Assembly (NCBI GenBank): GCA_024275415.1
Contig: JAJRZD010000040.1
Coordinates: 1 to 25,943 of the forward strand
DNA from: an archaeon
GTDB lineage: Archaea > Asgardarchaeota > Thorarchaeia > Thorarchaeales > Thorarchaeaceae
Reading direction: 5' to 3'
DNA: 25,943 nt
Shown here: one piece after another, positions 15,602 to 23,900 of the stretch
How positions within the stretch are numbered: position 1 is the first letter of the stretch
Layout: the number at the start of each line of letters is the position of its first letter
Made by a program: the position numbers and the translations under genes
Notes under the pieces: model-generated
Seen by the model: the letters and a program-made list of their open reading frames with translations, nothing else
Told to the model about the DNA's origin: nothing
The model's database searches: none

Positions 15602-16798
15602 CTATGCCAGAGTCATATATCGAAGTGCTCGTAGACCAATGAGCATCATTTTCGGATTTCGTACGAGCTTGAGAATCACCTTTTTCTGTAGATCCATGTC
15701 CCCTTCTCTCCTGACAACATCGACCAAGTTGTGCTCGTTAGCGCCTTTTACAATCTCATCGATTCCCTTATCCGAGAATGAAGAAAGTATCCTCTGAGTA
15801 AGATACATCGCTTGCATCTCTCGTTGGAACAGTGATCTCCATCGTTTATCAAACTTGGAAAGATCAATCGGGCTTTGCGTGTCTTGGAGCGCGGAGGAAA
15901 TGAAAGCTCCTGCAAGAAGTGCACTCGTACCGCCTACCACAATCCCACCGCCAGTGGTTGCCTTCACCATCCCTGCAGCATCTCCCAAGCTCAGAGTCCT
16001 GTGTCTAGCAATCCTCGATATGGGCAGTCCAACTAGTACAACACCCCCGAACCCCCTTTCAACTCGCATCCCTCTCAGGTGAGAGGACATGATAGGATGT
16101 TTAAACATAGCACGCTGGAGTCTTCGTTTTGCATGGTTCCTTGATGCGACTCCTACCCTTGCACGTCCATCCCCGAGTGGAATAATCCACGAGAAGAACC
16201 CCTCAGAAACCTCACGTCCATAGAATAACTCCACATGGTCGGTATCAATATCCACATTTGACACCTCATATTGATATGCAGGGAGTTTGCTCTTCTTCGC
16301 GATTGTCGGCAGTCCAAGCATTTTCGCTACTTGTCCGCGTGACCCCTCTCCATTAATGACAATCCTCCCCCTTACGTCAACAGGGACGCCTTCGCTTGTA
16401 TAATGAACTTGATACCCATTCTGTTCAGGAGAGATCTCTCTTACAGGCGAAGAACATCTGACATCCACACCAGCCCCCTCCGCCCTAACCGCCAGCCATT
16501 TGTCGAATCCTCGCCTATCTATGACGAGTGCTTCTCTTCGCCCCCGCTCGACTGATAGCGAATAACCAGAGGGGGAATATATCCTGGCACCTTTCACGGT
16601 ATTCTGAATGATGTCCTCTGGAGGTGTCAGTCCCAGCCTCTGGAAACCGGTACTGCTGATAAGACCCGCACAATGATCTGGAATTCCGATCTCCTTGTGT
16701 TCTTCAAGAACCAGTACTTGGTGGCCATCTCTGGCAATCCTATGTGCAGCTATAAGCCCTATTGGCCCACCACCAATAATAACTGCATCATAGTCCAT
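15602..16798 (-). CDS. Geranylgeranyl reductase family flavoprotein
   Basis: GGGPIG FAD motif, PDHCAG, IDRRGFDKWL, FFSWIIP, GDAAGMVKATTGGGI. Confidence 0.9.
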   Translation of the reverse strand: MDYDAVIIGGGPIGLIAAHRIARDGHQVLVLEEHKEIGIPDHCAGLISSTGFQRLGLTPPEDIIQNTVKGARIYSPSGYSLSVERGRREALVIDRRGFDKWLAVRAEGAGVDVRCSSPVREISPEQNGYQVHYTSEGVPVDVRGRIVINGEGSRGQVAKMLGLPTIAKKSKLPAYQYEVSNVDIDTDHVELFYGREVSEGFFSWIIPLGDGRARVGVASRNHAKRRLQRAMFKHPIMSSHLRGMRVERGFGGVVLVGLPISRIARHRTLSLGDAAGMVKATTGGGIVVGGTSALLAGAFISSALQDTQSPIDLSKFDKRWRSLFQREMQAMYLTQRILSSFSDKGIDEIVKGANEHNLVDVVRREGDMDLQKKVILKLVRNPKMMLIGLRALRYMTLA

Positions 16799-16882
16799 AA
16801 GATACCGCCGTAGGATTTCCTCAGAGAGACCCTTTTTATCCTTCGCATATCTGATTCAGACTATAGCAGTCAGGCGATCGTC

Positions 16883-17254
16883 ATGGTACTCAAGAAACAG
16901 TTCCCGTATAAACAGGTGATAGCCGTGAGGACGGACTTGAGGATGAGCAAGGGCAAAATAGCCGTTCAAGTCGCTCATGGGGCTGTGAGTGCTGCTGAGA
17001 AAGCAAGAGTGAGTAATCAAGATGTCTGGCGTTCATGGCTACGGGAAGGACAGAAGAAGGTCGCTGTCAAGGTTTACTCAGAGGAAGAACTCCTTCAACT
17101 GATGCGAAAAGCTGTAATCCACAGGTTGCCATATTCTCTTATCCGCGATGCAGGGATGACTGAACTCCCTCCCGGCACCATGACGGTCATCGGGATAGGC
17201 CCTGCAAAATCAGAAGAAGTGGACAAGGTAACCGCAGACCTCAAACTTCTGTGA
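16883..17254 (+). CDS. pth2: Peptidyl-tRNA hydrolase Pth2
   Basis: YKQVIAVRTDLRMSKGKIAVQVAH, GQKKVAVK, DAGMTELPPGTMTVIGIGP, VDKVTADLKLL. Confidence 0.96.
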   Translation: MVLKKQFPYKQVIAVRTDLRMSKGKIAVQVAHGAVSAAEKARVSNQDVWRSWLREGQKKVAVKVYSEEELLQLMRKAVIHRLPYSLIRDAGMTELPPGTMTVIGIGPAKSEEVDKVTADLKLL

Positions 17255-17265
17255 GAGGGCTTTCT

Positions 17266-18615
17266 ATGAGGAGTACCCACCCATTAGAAATTGCCATCGG
17301 TATGGAATTCTACAGCACCTCATTTCAGGGCGTTGGGGGGAGAATAAAGAGGCGCTATGAGGATTTCGTAGTAGAAGAGATCGATTCCTCTCAGTCTGTC
17401 ATCGCTGCAGACATCCCCCTTGAAGAACCATGTGTTCCTACGAATTTTGTTGTGCGTGGGGTTTCAAGAAAAGCTAGGAACATCCATTTCAAGATGCAAA
17501 AGATGGGACTGACAACATTGGACGCTGTAAGCCTGCTTGCATCATCATTAGGATTATCTCGCCATCTGGTCACCTATGCAGGGCTCAAGGATAGACGAGC
17601 GCTGACCGCCCAGAGGATATCAGTCCCAAAATCAGCCCTGGACAATCTACGAAGGCTTAACCTTTCTCGGATTTGGATCAGAGATTTCACATACTCTCGA
17701 AGACCTATTAATGTTGGAGACCTCTGGGGAAATAGATTCTCGATACTAGTAAGGGAAATCGAGACTCCCTGCGAGAGGGCACTTTCAAACCTTCTACGTT
17801 TACAAGACCATCATCTGATGAACTATTTCGGTATCCAACGATTCGGGGTTTCCCGGCCATTCAGCCATCATGTAGGCAAAGCGGTCATCAAAGGCGACTT
17901 TGAGGATGCCATTCATTTCATCCTGTTTGCTCCCAGCGAGTACGAACTCGGGCCAGCTGCGGACATCCGTATGCGTATCCGAGAAGAAGGCTTATCCGAC
18001 ACTCTTGTTGAGAAATTGCCACAGGACATGAGATACGAACGTGCCATTGCCAAGAGCCTGCTACAGCACCCCAATAATTACCAATTGGCTTTTTCCAAAA
18101 TCCCTCCCCGTATCCAGACGCTATTCATTCATGCATACCAGTCATATCTATTCAATCGTATCCTGAGCTTGCGTTTCAAGGAAGGTGTGTCAATCAGCGA
18201 GCCTGAGCCAGGTGATTTTCTCATTAGGCTCGACCAGACTCACACTGGCAGGGATGATTGGCTGTTCGTGACTGAGAAGAACCTTTCATCGCTCCAAGAG
18301 ATTGTGCAGGCTGGGGAATATGGCATTGCAGGTATCATCCCTGGATATGCATCAAAACTCCCGAATTCCCGCCCAATAGATATTGTACGCAGGGTTCTCA
18401 ATGAAGAGGAAATATCACTCCAAGAATTCAGGAACGCGGAAAACTCTCACCTTGATTCTGCAGGTAGTCTACACCTACTGTCATACAGAATTCCAGATAT
18501 CACAGGAAGTTGTTCTGAGGACGGACTGAGGGCACAGTTCGATCTAAGAAAGGGATCTTATGCAACAGTCGTGCTGAGAGAGCTGATGAAGAACAGCCCA
18601 TTGAACCGAGCATGA
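17266..18615 (+). CDS. truD: tRNA pseudouridine(13) synthase TruD; ATG 17266 preferred over GTG 17251
   Basis: GGRIKRRYEDFVVEE, catalytic YAGLKD, GDLWGNRF, NYFGIQRFG, HAYQSYLFN, FDLRKGSYATVVLRE. Confidence 0.95.
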   Translation: MRSTHPLEIAIGMEFYSTSFQGVGGRIKRRYEDFVVEEIDSSQSVIAADIPLEEPCVPTNFVVRGVSRKARNIHFKMQKMGLTTLDAVSLLASSLGLSRHLVTYAGLKDRRALTAQRISVPKSALDNLRRLNLSRIWIRDFTYSRRPINVGDLWGNRFSILVREIETPCERALSNLLRLQDHHLMNYFGIQRFGVSRPFSHHVGKAVIKGDFEDAIHFILFAPSEYELGPAADIRMRIREEGLSDTLVEKLPQDMRYERAIAKSLLQHPNNYQLAFSKIPPRIQTLFIHAYQSYLFNRILSLRFKEGVSISEPEPGDFLIRLDQTHTGRDDWLFVTEKNLSSLQEIVQAGEYGIAGIIPGYASKLPNSRPIDIVRRVLNEEEISLQEFRNAENSHLDSAGSLHLLSYRIPDITGSCSEDGLRAQFDLRKGSYATVVLRELMKNSPLNRA

Positions 18616-18616
18616 T

Positions 18617-19204
18617 CTATCTAGTCCTATGTGAGAATTCCTTCAACTTCTCACCGAATGGGTCAATCTCTGGGGTTTCGTCCTTCTCAATCCTCTCATC
18701 TTGATATTGGAACAGAACTGATTCCCCGGTAACTGCAGAGGTTATTGCACGGAGTTCATCCTTTGAGTACCTTATGCGTTCTCGATCCTCGGATCTTAGC
18801 ATGACAATGCTTTCCTTTATCCCGTTTGGTAAGTACAGACTATTCACACCTACTTCGACGGCTGGAGAAATCAGATCTCGGACTATCGTTCGCAACTTTG
18901 CAGGGCCCTCGACAATCATAGACTTCCCAAACGTATCAGCAATCGCATCCATGACAACTTCATTCTGTAACAGGATATCCTTGTTCTTTTTCTTGACAAC
19001 TAAGATGAGAAGATTCTTTGTACGGATTGCCCGGAGCAGATGTAAACCATCCAGATCCGGATGGCTTTTTTTCTGTTCGAGAATCCATCCGCTAAACTCC
19101 ACATCGAAGGAAGAGATCTGTCCGGTATCAAGACGTTCCTGACAGCTGGGGCATAGCATATCTGATTCCAAGTCAAAAATACATACTGGGAGTCGCATTA
19201 GCAT
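18617..19204 (-). CDS. Archaeal NusA-like protein with an N-terminal zinc-finger-type motif (NusA2 family)
   Basis: MRLPVCIFDLESDMLCPSCQERL..G.IS..DV N-terminus followed by KH-like segments (LLILVV...; LISPAVEVGVNSLYLPNG). Confidence 0.8.
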   Translation of the reverse strand: MLMRLPVCIFDLESDMLCPSCQERLDTGQISSFDVEFSGWILEQKKSHPDLDGLHLLRAIRTKNLLILVVKKKNKDILLQNEVVMDAIADTFGKSMIVEGPAKLRTIVRDLISPAVEVGVNSLYLPNGIKESIVMLRSEDRERIRYSKDELRAITSAVTGESVLFQYQDERIEKDETPEIDPFGEKLKEFSHRTR

Positions 19205-19215
19205 TCCTCATCGAA

Positions 19216-19237
19216 CTTGAATAATTAATCATTCAAG
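19216..19237. promoter_or_regulatory. Perfect 7-bp inverted repeat (candidate operator) just upstream of nusA2
   Basis: CTTGAAT (19216-19222) - 8 nt - ATTCAAG (19231-19237). Confidence 0.4.
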
Positions 19238-19272
19238 CTCAGGAGGATATATTCTTATGAGACTTCCGAACG

Positions 19273-19584
19273 CTACCTCTCAAGGGTGATGTCTATCGTG
19301 GATACATTGAGGTCGCTGCCCTTGTCAGTCTGGACGGTTGTGGTACCTATTTGAATGTCCTTGACCTTCACATCCTCAAGGAACCTATGACGTGTAATCT
19401 CTGCAACATCTACAGCTCGACTAATCAGCCGACCTCTAGCTCGTATCAGCACCTCTTTTGCGCCCTTGTTGAAGAGTGTAACGCATGCTAATACATAGCT
19501 CATGACGTTTTTGGAACCAACGAGTATCGTTGAGTCTCCGTGATCATCGCTATCTTTGGTAACCTCTTGATTTTCCTCCGCCAC
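19273..19584 (-). CDS. alba: DNA/RNA-binding protein Alba
   Basis: [40 protein letters not shown]. Confidence 0.95.
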   Translation of the reverse strand: MAEENQEVTKDSDDHGDSTILVGSKNVMSYVLACVTLFNKGAKEVLIRARGRLISRAVDVAEITRHRFLEDVKVKDIQIGTTTVQTDKGSDLNVSTIDITLER

Positions 19585-19759
19585 ACAAGGTCTCTCCAGT
19601 TCTTGTGGTAGTTCAACAACGCATTACTGTTGAGGGTAACTGATATAGATTTCGATTACTTGGTTCCTACTCATAATTAGGTAGAGATGCCGTCTTGTGT
19701 GTCCATTCGCAAGGTTTTTCATTATCGGGTGTTGTCCGTGGATTGGAAGTTGCAAATAG

Positions 19760-21028
19760 ATGGCACAACTAACTTGTCTTGGCTCTTGCCGCGAAATAGG
19801 CAAATCAGCCTTTTACCTTGAGGAGCGCAATGAAAGTATCCTTGTAGATTATGGAACCAAATTCACCAACCCACCAAGCTTTCCAGATATGGTTCCCATT
19901 GATAATATGCAGGCGATAGCAATCACACACGCTCATCTCGACCATTCAGGCGGCATACCACGATTGTTAGCTGAAGATGATAATTTGTCACTCTTCTGTA
20001 CGCCTGCAACTAGAGACCTTTGTATCCCATTAATCCGTGATATGTATGAGATTTCGGGCGGACGGATGCCATTCACCAGGAGAGACATCTCCAGAATCAA
20101 AAGACAGACACAGCCAACCGCCTATGAGGAAACGATACCCCTTGGACACAGCTTTGAAATGACGCTCTTCAATGCAGGCCATATCCCAGGCAGCGCGATG
20201 GTGTCTATTCGTTATGATAGCAAGAGGGTCTTGTTCACTGGCGACTTCAATGCGATCACATCCAGACTCAATAATGGCGCTCGTATCAATCTCCCAAAAC
20301 ACGATGTGGTGGTCACCGAAAGCACGTATGCACGACGATTGAACCCCGATCGCGAAGAGATTGAGCAAGCATTGATACAGACAGTTCTCGAAACCGTGGA
20401 ACGTGGAGGTATAGCGCTTATTCCAGCCTTTGCAGTCGGACGTAGCCAAGAGGTGATGTGTATTCTTGAAGAGTATGGCATCCCTTCAAAGTACCCTATC
20501 TATGTGGATGGCATGGCTCGCACAGTCAACAAGGTCGTTGTCAAACATCCTAACTACATCAGCTCGCCTCATGCTTTCGAACGAGCTGTGAAACGTGCAA
20601 GAGTCATATACAACCGACAAGATCGTGCTAATGCGCTGAAAAGACCCGGCATAATCATCTCTCCTGCAGGCATGTTGAAAGGAGGCGCATCGCATTTCTA
20701 TTTCAAAATGCTCTATGGGGATGAGAAGAATAGTATAGTCCTTGTGAGCTTTCAAATCCCAGGCACCCCAGGTGCAGAACTGCTGGCAAAAAGACGAGTG
20801 ACTGTTGGTAATAGAGAATATGCAGTTCAAGCTGATGTAAGATATCACCATCTCAGCAGCCACTCCGATTCAAGAGGGCTTATGCAAATGCTTCAAAGCA
20901 TACCTGGAAACCCAGAGTTTTTCCTCGTCCACGGTGAGAGCGAATCATGTGACGCACTGGGAGCCAAACTGGAGAAAAAGGGCAAAAAAGTGACAATCCC
21001 TGAAACAAACGATTCATTCGAGGTATGA
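19760..21028 (+). CDS. Short beta-CASP metallo-beta-lactamase ribonuclease without KH domains (aCPSF2/aCPSF1b-like)
   Basis: GSCREIGKS, HAHLDHSG, AGHIPGS, FTGD, ESTY, PAFAVGRSQE, AGMLKGG, SSHSD, VHGE. Confidence 0.9.
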   Translation: MAQLTCLGSCREIGKSAFYLEERNESILVDYGTKFTNPPSFPDMVPIDNMQAIAITHAHLDHSGGIPRLLAEDDNLSLFCTPATRDLCIPLIRDMYEISGGRMPFTRRDISRIKRQTQPTAYEETIPLGHSFEMTLFNAGHIPGSAMVSIRYDSKRVLFTGDFNAITSRLNNGARINLPKHDVVVTESTYARRLNPDREEIEQALIQTVLETVERGGIALIPAFAVGRSQEVMCILEEYGIPSKYPIYVDGMARTVNKVVVKHPNYISSPHAFERAVKRARVIYNRQDRANALKRPGIIISPAGMLKGGASHFYFKMLYGDEKNSIVLVSFQIPGTPGAELLAKRRVTVGNREYAVQADVRYHHLSSHSDSRGLMQMLQSIPGNPEFFLVHGESESCDALGAKLEKKGKKVTIPETNDSFEV

Positions 21029-21122
21029 CCGGAAAAACAAGTCACTTCAACTATTGCTCGAGAACTTGTTCCCCAATACATGAGGAAATACACCCAAGTC
21101 ACATCTTTTGAGGTACTTTGGT

Positions 21123-21338
21123 TCATTCCTCTTCCACTTGGGGCCTAGCCTCGACCACAGTGCATTTCACTTGAGAGAGAACCTCTTCTGCTTTCTGGGG
21201 TTCCAAAATGAGTGTGTAGAGATATCGGGATGTGCGAAGTTTGAGCTTCACTTGGTCTGCACTCCTCTTGACTCGACATTCCACTGCATCCTCGGTCATT
21301 CCAAGGAACTTCTCGACATCATAGATCTGTTTTGGCAT
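21123..21338 (-). CDS. rpl38e: 50S ribosomal protein L38e (true start 21338; the ORF-track extension to 21488 runs through the tRNA)
   Basis: MPKQIYDVEKFL...ECRVKR....VKLKLRTSRYLYTL; residue 51 of the track ORF is the Met at 21338. Confidence 0.93.
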   Translation of the reverse strand: MPKQIYDVEKFLGMTEDAVECRVKRSADQVKLKLRTSRYLYTLILEPQKAEEVLSQVKCTVVEARPQVEEE

Positions 21339-21365
21339 CGGTTTTTGCCCCTGTGTTTTTTGTAG

Positions 21366-21472
21366 TGGTGGGCCGGGGGAGGCTCGAATTCGGGTCACAT
21401 GGAGCGTGTCCAAGTAATCTCCCGACCTTCGCCGTGTGAAGGCGACGTCATAGCCGACTAGACCACCGGCCC
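21366..21472 (-). tRNA. tRNA-Val(CAC) with encoded CCA and a 30-nt intron at position 53/54
   Basis: Minus strand: acceptor GGGCCGG/CCGGCCC-A-CCA; D arm GTCTAGTCGGCTATGAC; anticodon arm TCGCC-TTCACAC-GGCGA; variable loop AGGTC; T stem GGGAG/CTCCC; T loop TTCGAGC restored after removing 21389-21418. Confidence 0.93.
21389..21418 (-). other. Archaeal tRNA intron with a bulge-helix-bulge-like (relaxed) motif
   Basis: Intron ATTACTTGGACACGCTCCATGTGACCCGAA. Central helix CGGG/CCCG (4 WC pairs), bulges AG|A and AA|T, intron hairpin TTACTTGGA/TCCATGTGA. Confidence 0.88.
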
Positions 21473-21504
21473 ATATGATATCAGCCATGACAGTAGTAGG
21501 TCAA

Positions 21505-21660
21505 TTACCTCTTTCTTCTATTTGGCCTGAGGTCCTTGTTCTTGCACTTTCTGCACTTCTTGGCGGCAACAGGGTTTGTTGCACCGCATGTGCGGCATAT
21601 AGACTTGTATAGCAAGTAGTGCTGTGCGAGTCGTCGTTTCTCTATATCAGCAACTGGCAT
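21505..21660 (-). CDS. rpl40e: 50S ribosomal protein L40e (51 aa, absent from the ORF track)
   Basis: Manual translation: MPVADIEKRRLAQHYLLYKSICRTCGATNPVAAKKCRKCKNKDLRPNRRKR*, with the CxxC...CxxC and LRP signature. A second in-frame ATG lies at 21663. Confidence 0.95.
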   Translation of the reverse strand: MPVADIEKRRLAQHYLLYKSICRTCGATNPVAAKKCRKCKNKDLRPNRRKR

Positions 21661-21730
21661 CATTAGAACCTCGTCTAATTCGAATGGTGGACCATCCTTC
21701 GTCCACTTTCACGCCAACCGACATACTATG

Positions 21731-21738
21731 AATATAAA
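21731..21738 (-). promoter_or_regulatory. Probable TATA box for the rpl40e-tRNA-rpl38e unit
   Basis: Minus-strand TTTATATT ~70 nt upstream of rpl40e; GAGGTT RBS-like sequence just before the start. Confidence 0.45.
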
Positions 21739-21770
21739 CCTGTTCCTCTGGTAAGGAGAAGAAGGGTTTG

Positions 21771-21790
21771 GGCTGGGACTCCTCCCAGCC
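21771..21790 (-). terminator. GC-rich hairpin downstream of sucD (candidate terminator or stabiliser)
   Basis: GGCTGGGA-(GGAG)-TCCCAGCC 8-bp stem 15 nt after the sucD stop, followed on the minus strand by pyrimidine-rich CCCTTCTTCTCCTT. Confidence 0.5.
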
Positions 21791-21804
21791 ATTGGAGTGA
21801 AACA

Positions 21805-22674
21805 TCAGAGAAGCTCATTGAGGATTCGTGCGACATCACTTGGCTTCTCAGCCACTTGGATGCCTGCTGCGTTCATTGCCTTAATCTTTGCGTCTGCCGT
21901 GCCGCTGCTCCCACTGATGATGGCGCCTGCGTGACCCATCCTCTTGCCCGGAGGGGCGGTTCGTCCTGCGATAAACCCTACCACCGGAAGGTCATATTCA
22001 TTCTTGATGTATGCTGCAGCCCGCTCCTCCGCATCTCCGCCTATCTCTCCAACCAAGACCAGCGCTTTGGTTTCAGGATCCTGTTTGAAGAGCTCGACTG
22101 CTTCGACAGCGGTAAGCCCCACACAGGGGTCTCCGCCCAGTCCGATAGCGGTAGAGATTCCTACCTCTGCATTGGTCATGCCTGCGGCAATCTCATATGT
22201 CAGCGTCCCGCTTCGTGACATCAGTCCAACGACTCCCTCAGAGAACACATGCCCTGGCATAATACCGAGTTTTTGCTTTGCTCCAGGAGTGATGATTCCG
22301 GGGGTATTGGGTCCAATCACAGTGATCCCCTTGGCCTTGGCTGCATGGACTACGATCATCTCATCCCTGACAGGGATATGCTCGGTAATCAACACGACAG
22401 GATTCAAGTCGTTGGTAATCGCCTCCAATGCAGCGTCTCCAGCGAATGGTGCAGGGACAAATATCACTGAGGCAGTGGCATCTTCAGCCTCTTTCGCGTT
22501 CTTCACACTATCATAGACAGGAATCCCGTTCACGCTTTCGCCACCCTTCCCCGGAGTCACACCTGCGACTATCTTGGTACCGTATTCCAGCATGGCGTTG
22601 GAATGGAATGTGCCCTGTGAACCTGTGATACCCTGAATCAGAACCCTTGTGTCCTTATCGACTAGTACTGCCAT
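21805..22674 (-). CDS. sucD: Succinyl-CoA synthetase alpha subunit
   Basis: VLIQGITG, GVTPGKGG, IGPNTPG, SRSGTLTYE, GEIGG, phospho-His motif MGHAGA. Confidence 0.97.
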   Translation of the reverse strand: MAVLVDKDTRVLIQGITGSQGTFHSNAMLEYGTKIVAGVTPGKGGESVNGIPVYDSVKNAKEAEDATASVIFVPAPFAGDAALEAITNDLNPVVLITEHIPVRDEMIVVHAAKAKGITVIGPNTPGIITPGAKQKLGIMPGHVFSEGVVGLMSRSGTLTYEIAAGMTNAEVGISTAIGLGGDPCVGLTAVEAVELFKQDPETKALVLVGEIGGDAEERAAAYIKNEYDLPVVGFIAGRTAPPGKRMGHAGAIISGSSGTADAKIKAMNAAGIQVAEKPSDVARILNELL

Positions 22675-23820
22675 CTATTTGACCTCCTTGACAAGTTCCA
22701 CCACTTTTGCAGCGGCTTCTTCCATGGTTTTCAGGAATGGGATACCTGCCTTCGTCAGGATATCCTGACCTTCCTTCTCGTTCGTACCTACCATCCGTAT
22801 CACTAGGGGCACATCTATGCCCTGGTCGTCCCTCACTGCCACTATCCCGTTGGCGACATCGTCACATCTGGTGATACCGCCCATTATGTTGACAAGGATT
22901 GCTTTCACCTTGTCATATTGCAACGCTATCTCGATTCCCTTCTCCACGCGCTCCTTATCGGATCCTCCTCCGAGGTCAAGGAATGTGCTGGCTTGCCCAC
23001 CGTATAACGCGACCGCATCAAGTGTCGCCATAGTGAGACCTGCCCCATTGCAGATACAGGCGATGTCACCATCGAGCTCGACGTACGCCATCCCTTCTGC
23101 GGTAGCCTTCAGTTCTCGCTCGTTCATTTCTGCGGGCTCTCTGTGGAGGTTCTCGATGATGTCCTTATGTCGATACAGTGCATTGTCATCAATGTTGAGT
23201 CTGGCATCAGCAGCAAGGAATCTGCCATCCTTGGTCAGGATGAGAGGGTTGATTTCTGAGAGCTCGACATCATACTTTGTTACAATTTGCCACAATTTAA
23301 TGAAGAAGGATCCAAGTCTGTTGATGTTCTTTCCTTTGAATCCCATCGCAATCGCCATATTTCTGGCTTCAAACGCTCGGAACCCCAAAAACGGATCCAC
23401 ATGATGCTTGATGATGAGCTCAGGGCTTTCCTCAGCAAGCTCCTCTATCGACATCCCCCCAGCAGAACTACCTATCATGACATATTTCCTCGCATTACGA
23501 TCCACCGTGACCCCCACATAGATTTCCTGTTGGATGTCCAGCTTTTCTTCAATCAATACCGCTTCCACAGGAAGATCGTTGATCCTCATTGCAAGAATCT
23601 CTTCTGCATGTCGTGCAGCATCATCAGGAGTGTCTGCGAATTTCACACCTCCGGCCTTTCCCCGCTTTCCAGAGAGGACTTGAGCTTTCACTACTACTGG
23701 TTTACCAACCTCTTCAGCTCGCTTCTTTGCCTCTTCGGAAGTTCTAGCCACCCCCCCTGGAGGGGTTGGCATACCAAAAGCACGGAAAATCTCTTTCGCC
23801 TCATGCTCAAATAGCTTCAT
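22675..23820 (-). CDS. sucC: Succinyl-CoA synthetase beta subunit
   Basis: MKLFEHEAK, KAQVLSGKRGKAGGV, EINPL, DDNALYRH, NGAGLTMATLD, FLDLGGG, NIMGGITRCD, RMVGTN; the stop abuts the sucD ATG. Confidence 0.97.
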   Translation of the reverse strand: MKLFEHEAKEIFRAFGMPTPPGGVARTSEEAKKRAEEVGKPVVVKAQVLSGKRGKAGGVKFADTPDDAARHAEEILAMRINDLPVEAVLIEEKLDIQQEIYVGVTVDRNARKYVMIGSSAGGMSIEELAEESPELIIKHHVDPFLGFRAFEARNMAIAMGFKGKNINRLGSFFIKLWQIVTKYDVELSEINPLILTKDGRFLAADARLNIDDNALYRHKDIIENLHREPAEMNERELKATAEGMAYVELDGDIACICNGAGLTMATLDAVALYGGQASTFLDLGGGSDKERVEKGIEIALQYDKVKAILVNIMGGITRCDDVANGIVAVRDDQGIDVPLVIRMVGTNEKEGQDILTKAGIPFLKTMEEAAAKVVELVKEVK

Positions 23821-23900
23821 TGGTTCATACCTTCTGTCAGGGGGATATGAGTCCCAATCCCCTAGCTCGAATCCGCATCCTATGTCCGACAGTAAAAAGG

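Noticed and set aside
21038-21102. CAAGTCAC direct repeat (21038-21045 and 21095-21102) between convergent genes
   Set aside because: Two copies of an 8-mer are within chance expectation; not CRISPR-like.
21339-21488. 50-aa N-terminal extension of the ORF-track protein 21123..21488
   Set aside because: It is the translation of the tRNA-Val gene; L38e homology starts at Met 21338.
21856-23814. Plus-strand ORFs (120-195 aa) opposite sucCD
   Set aside because: Antisense shadow frames; composition mirrors the sense codons.
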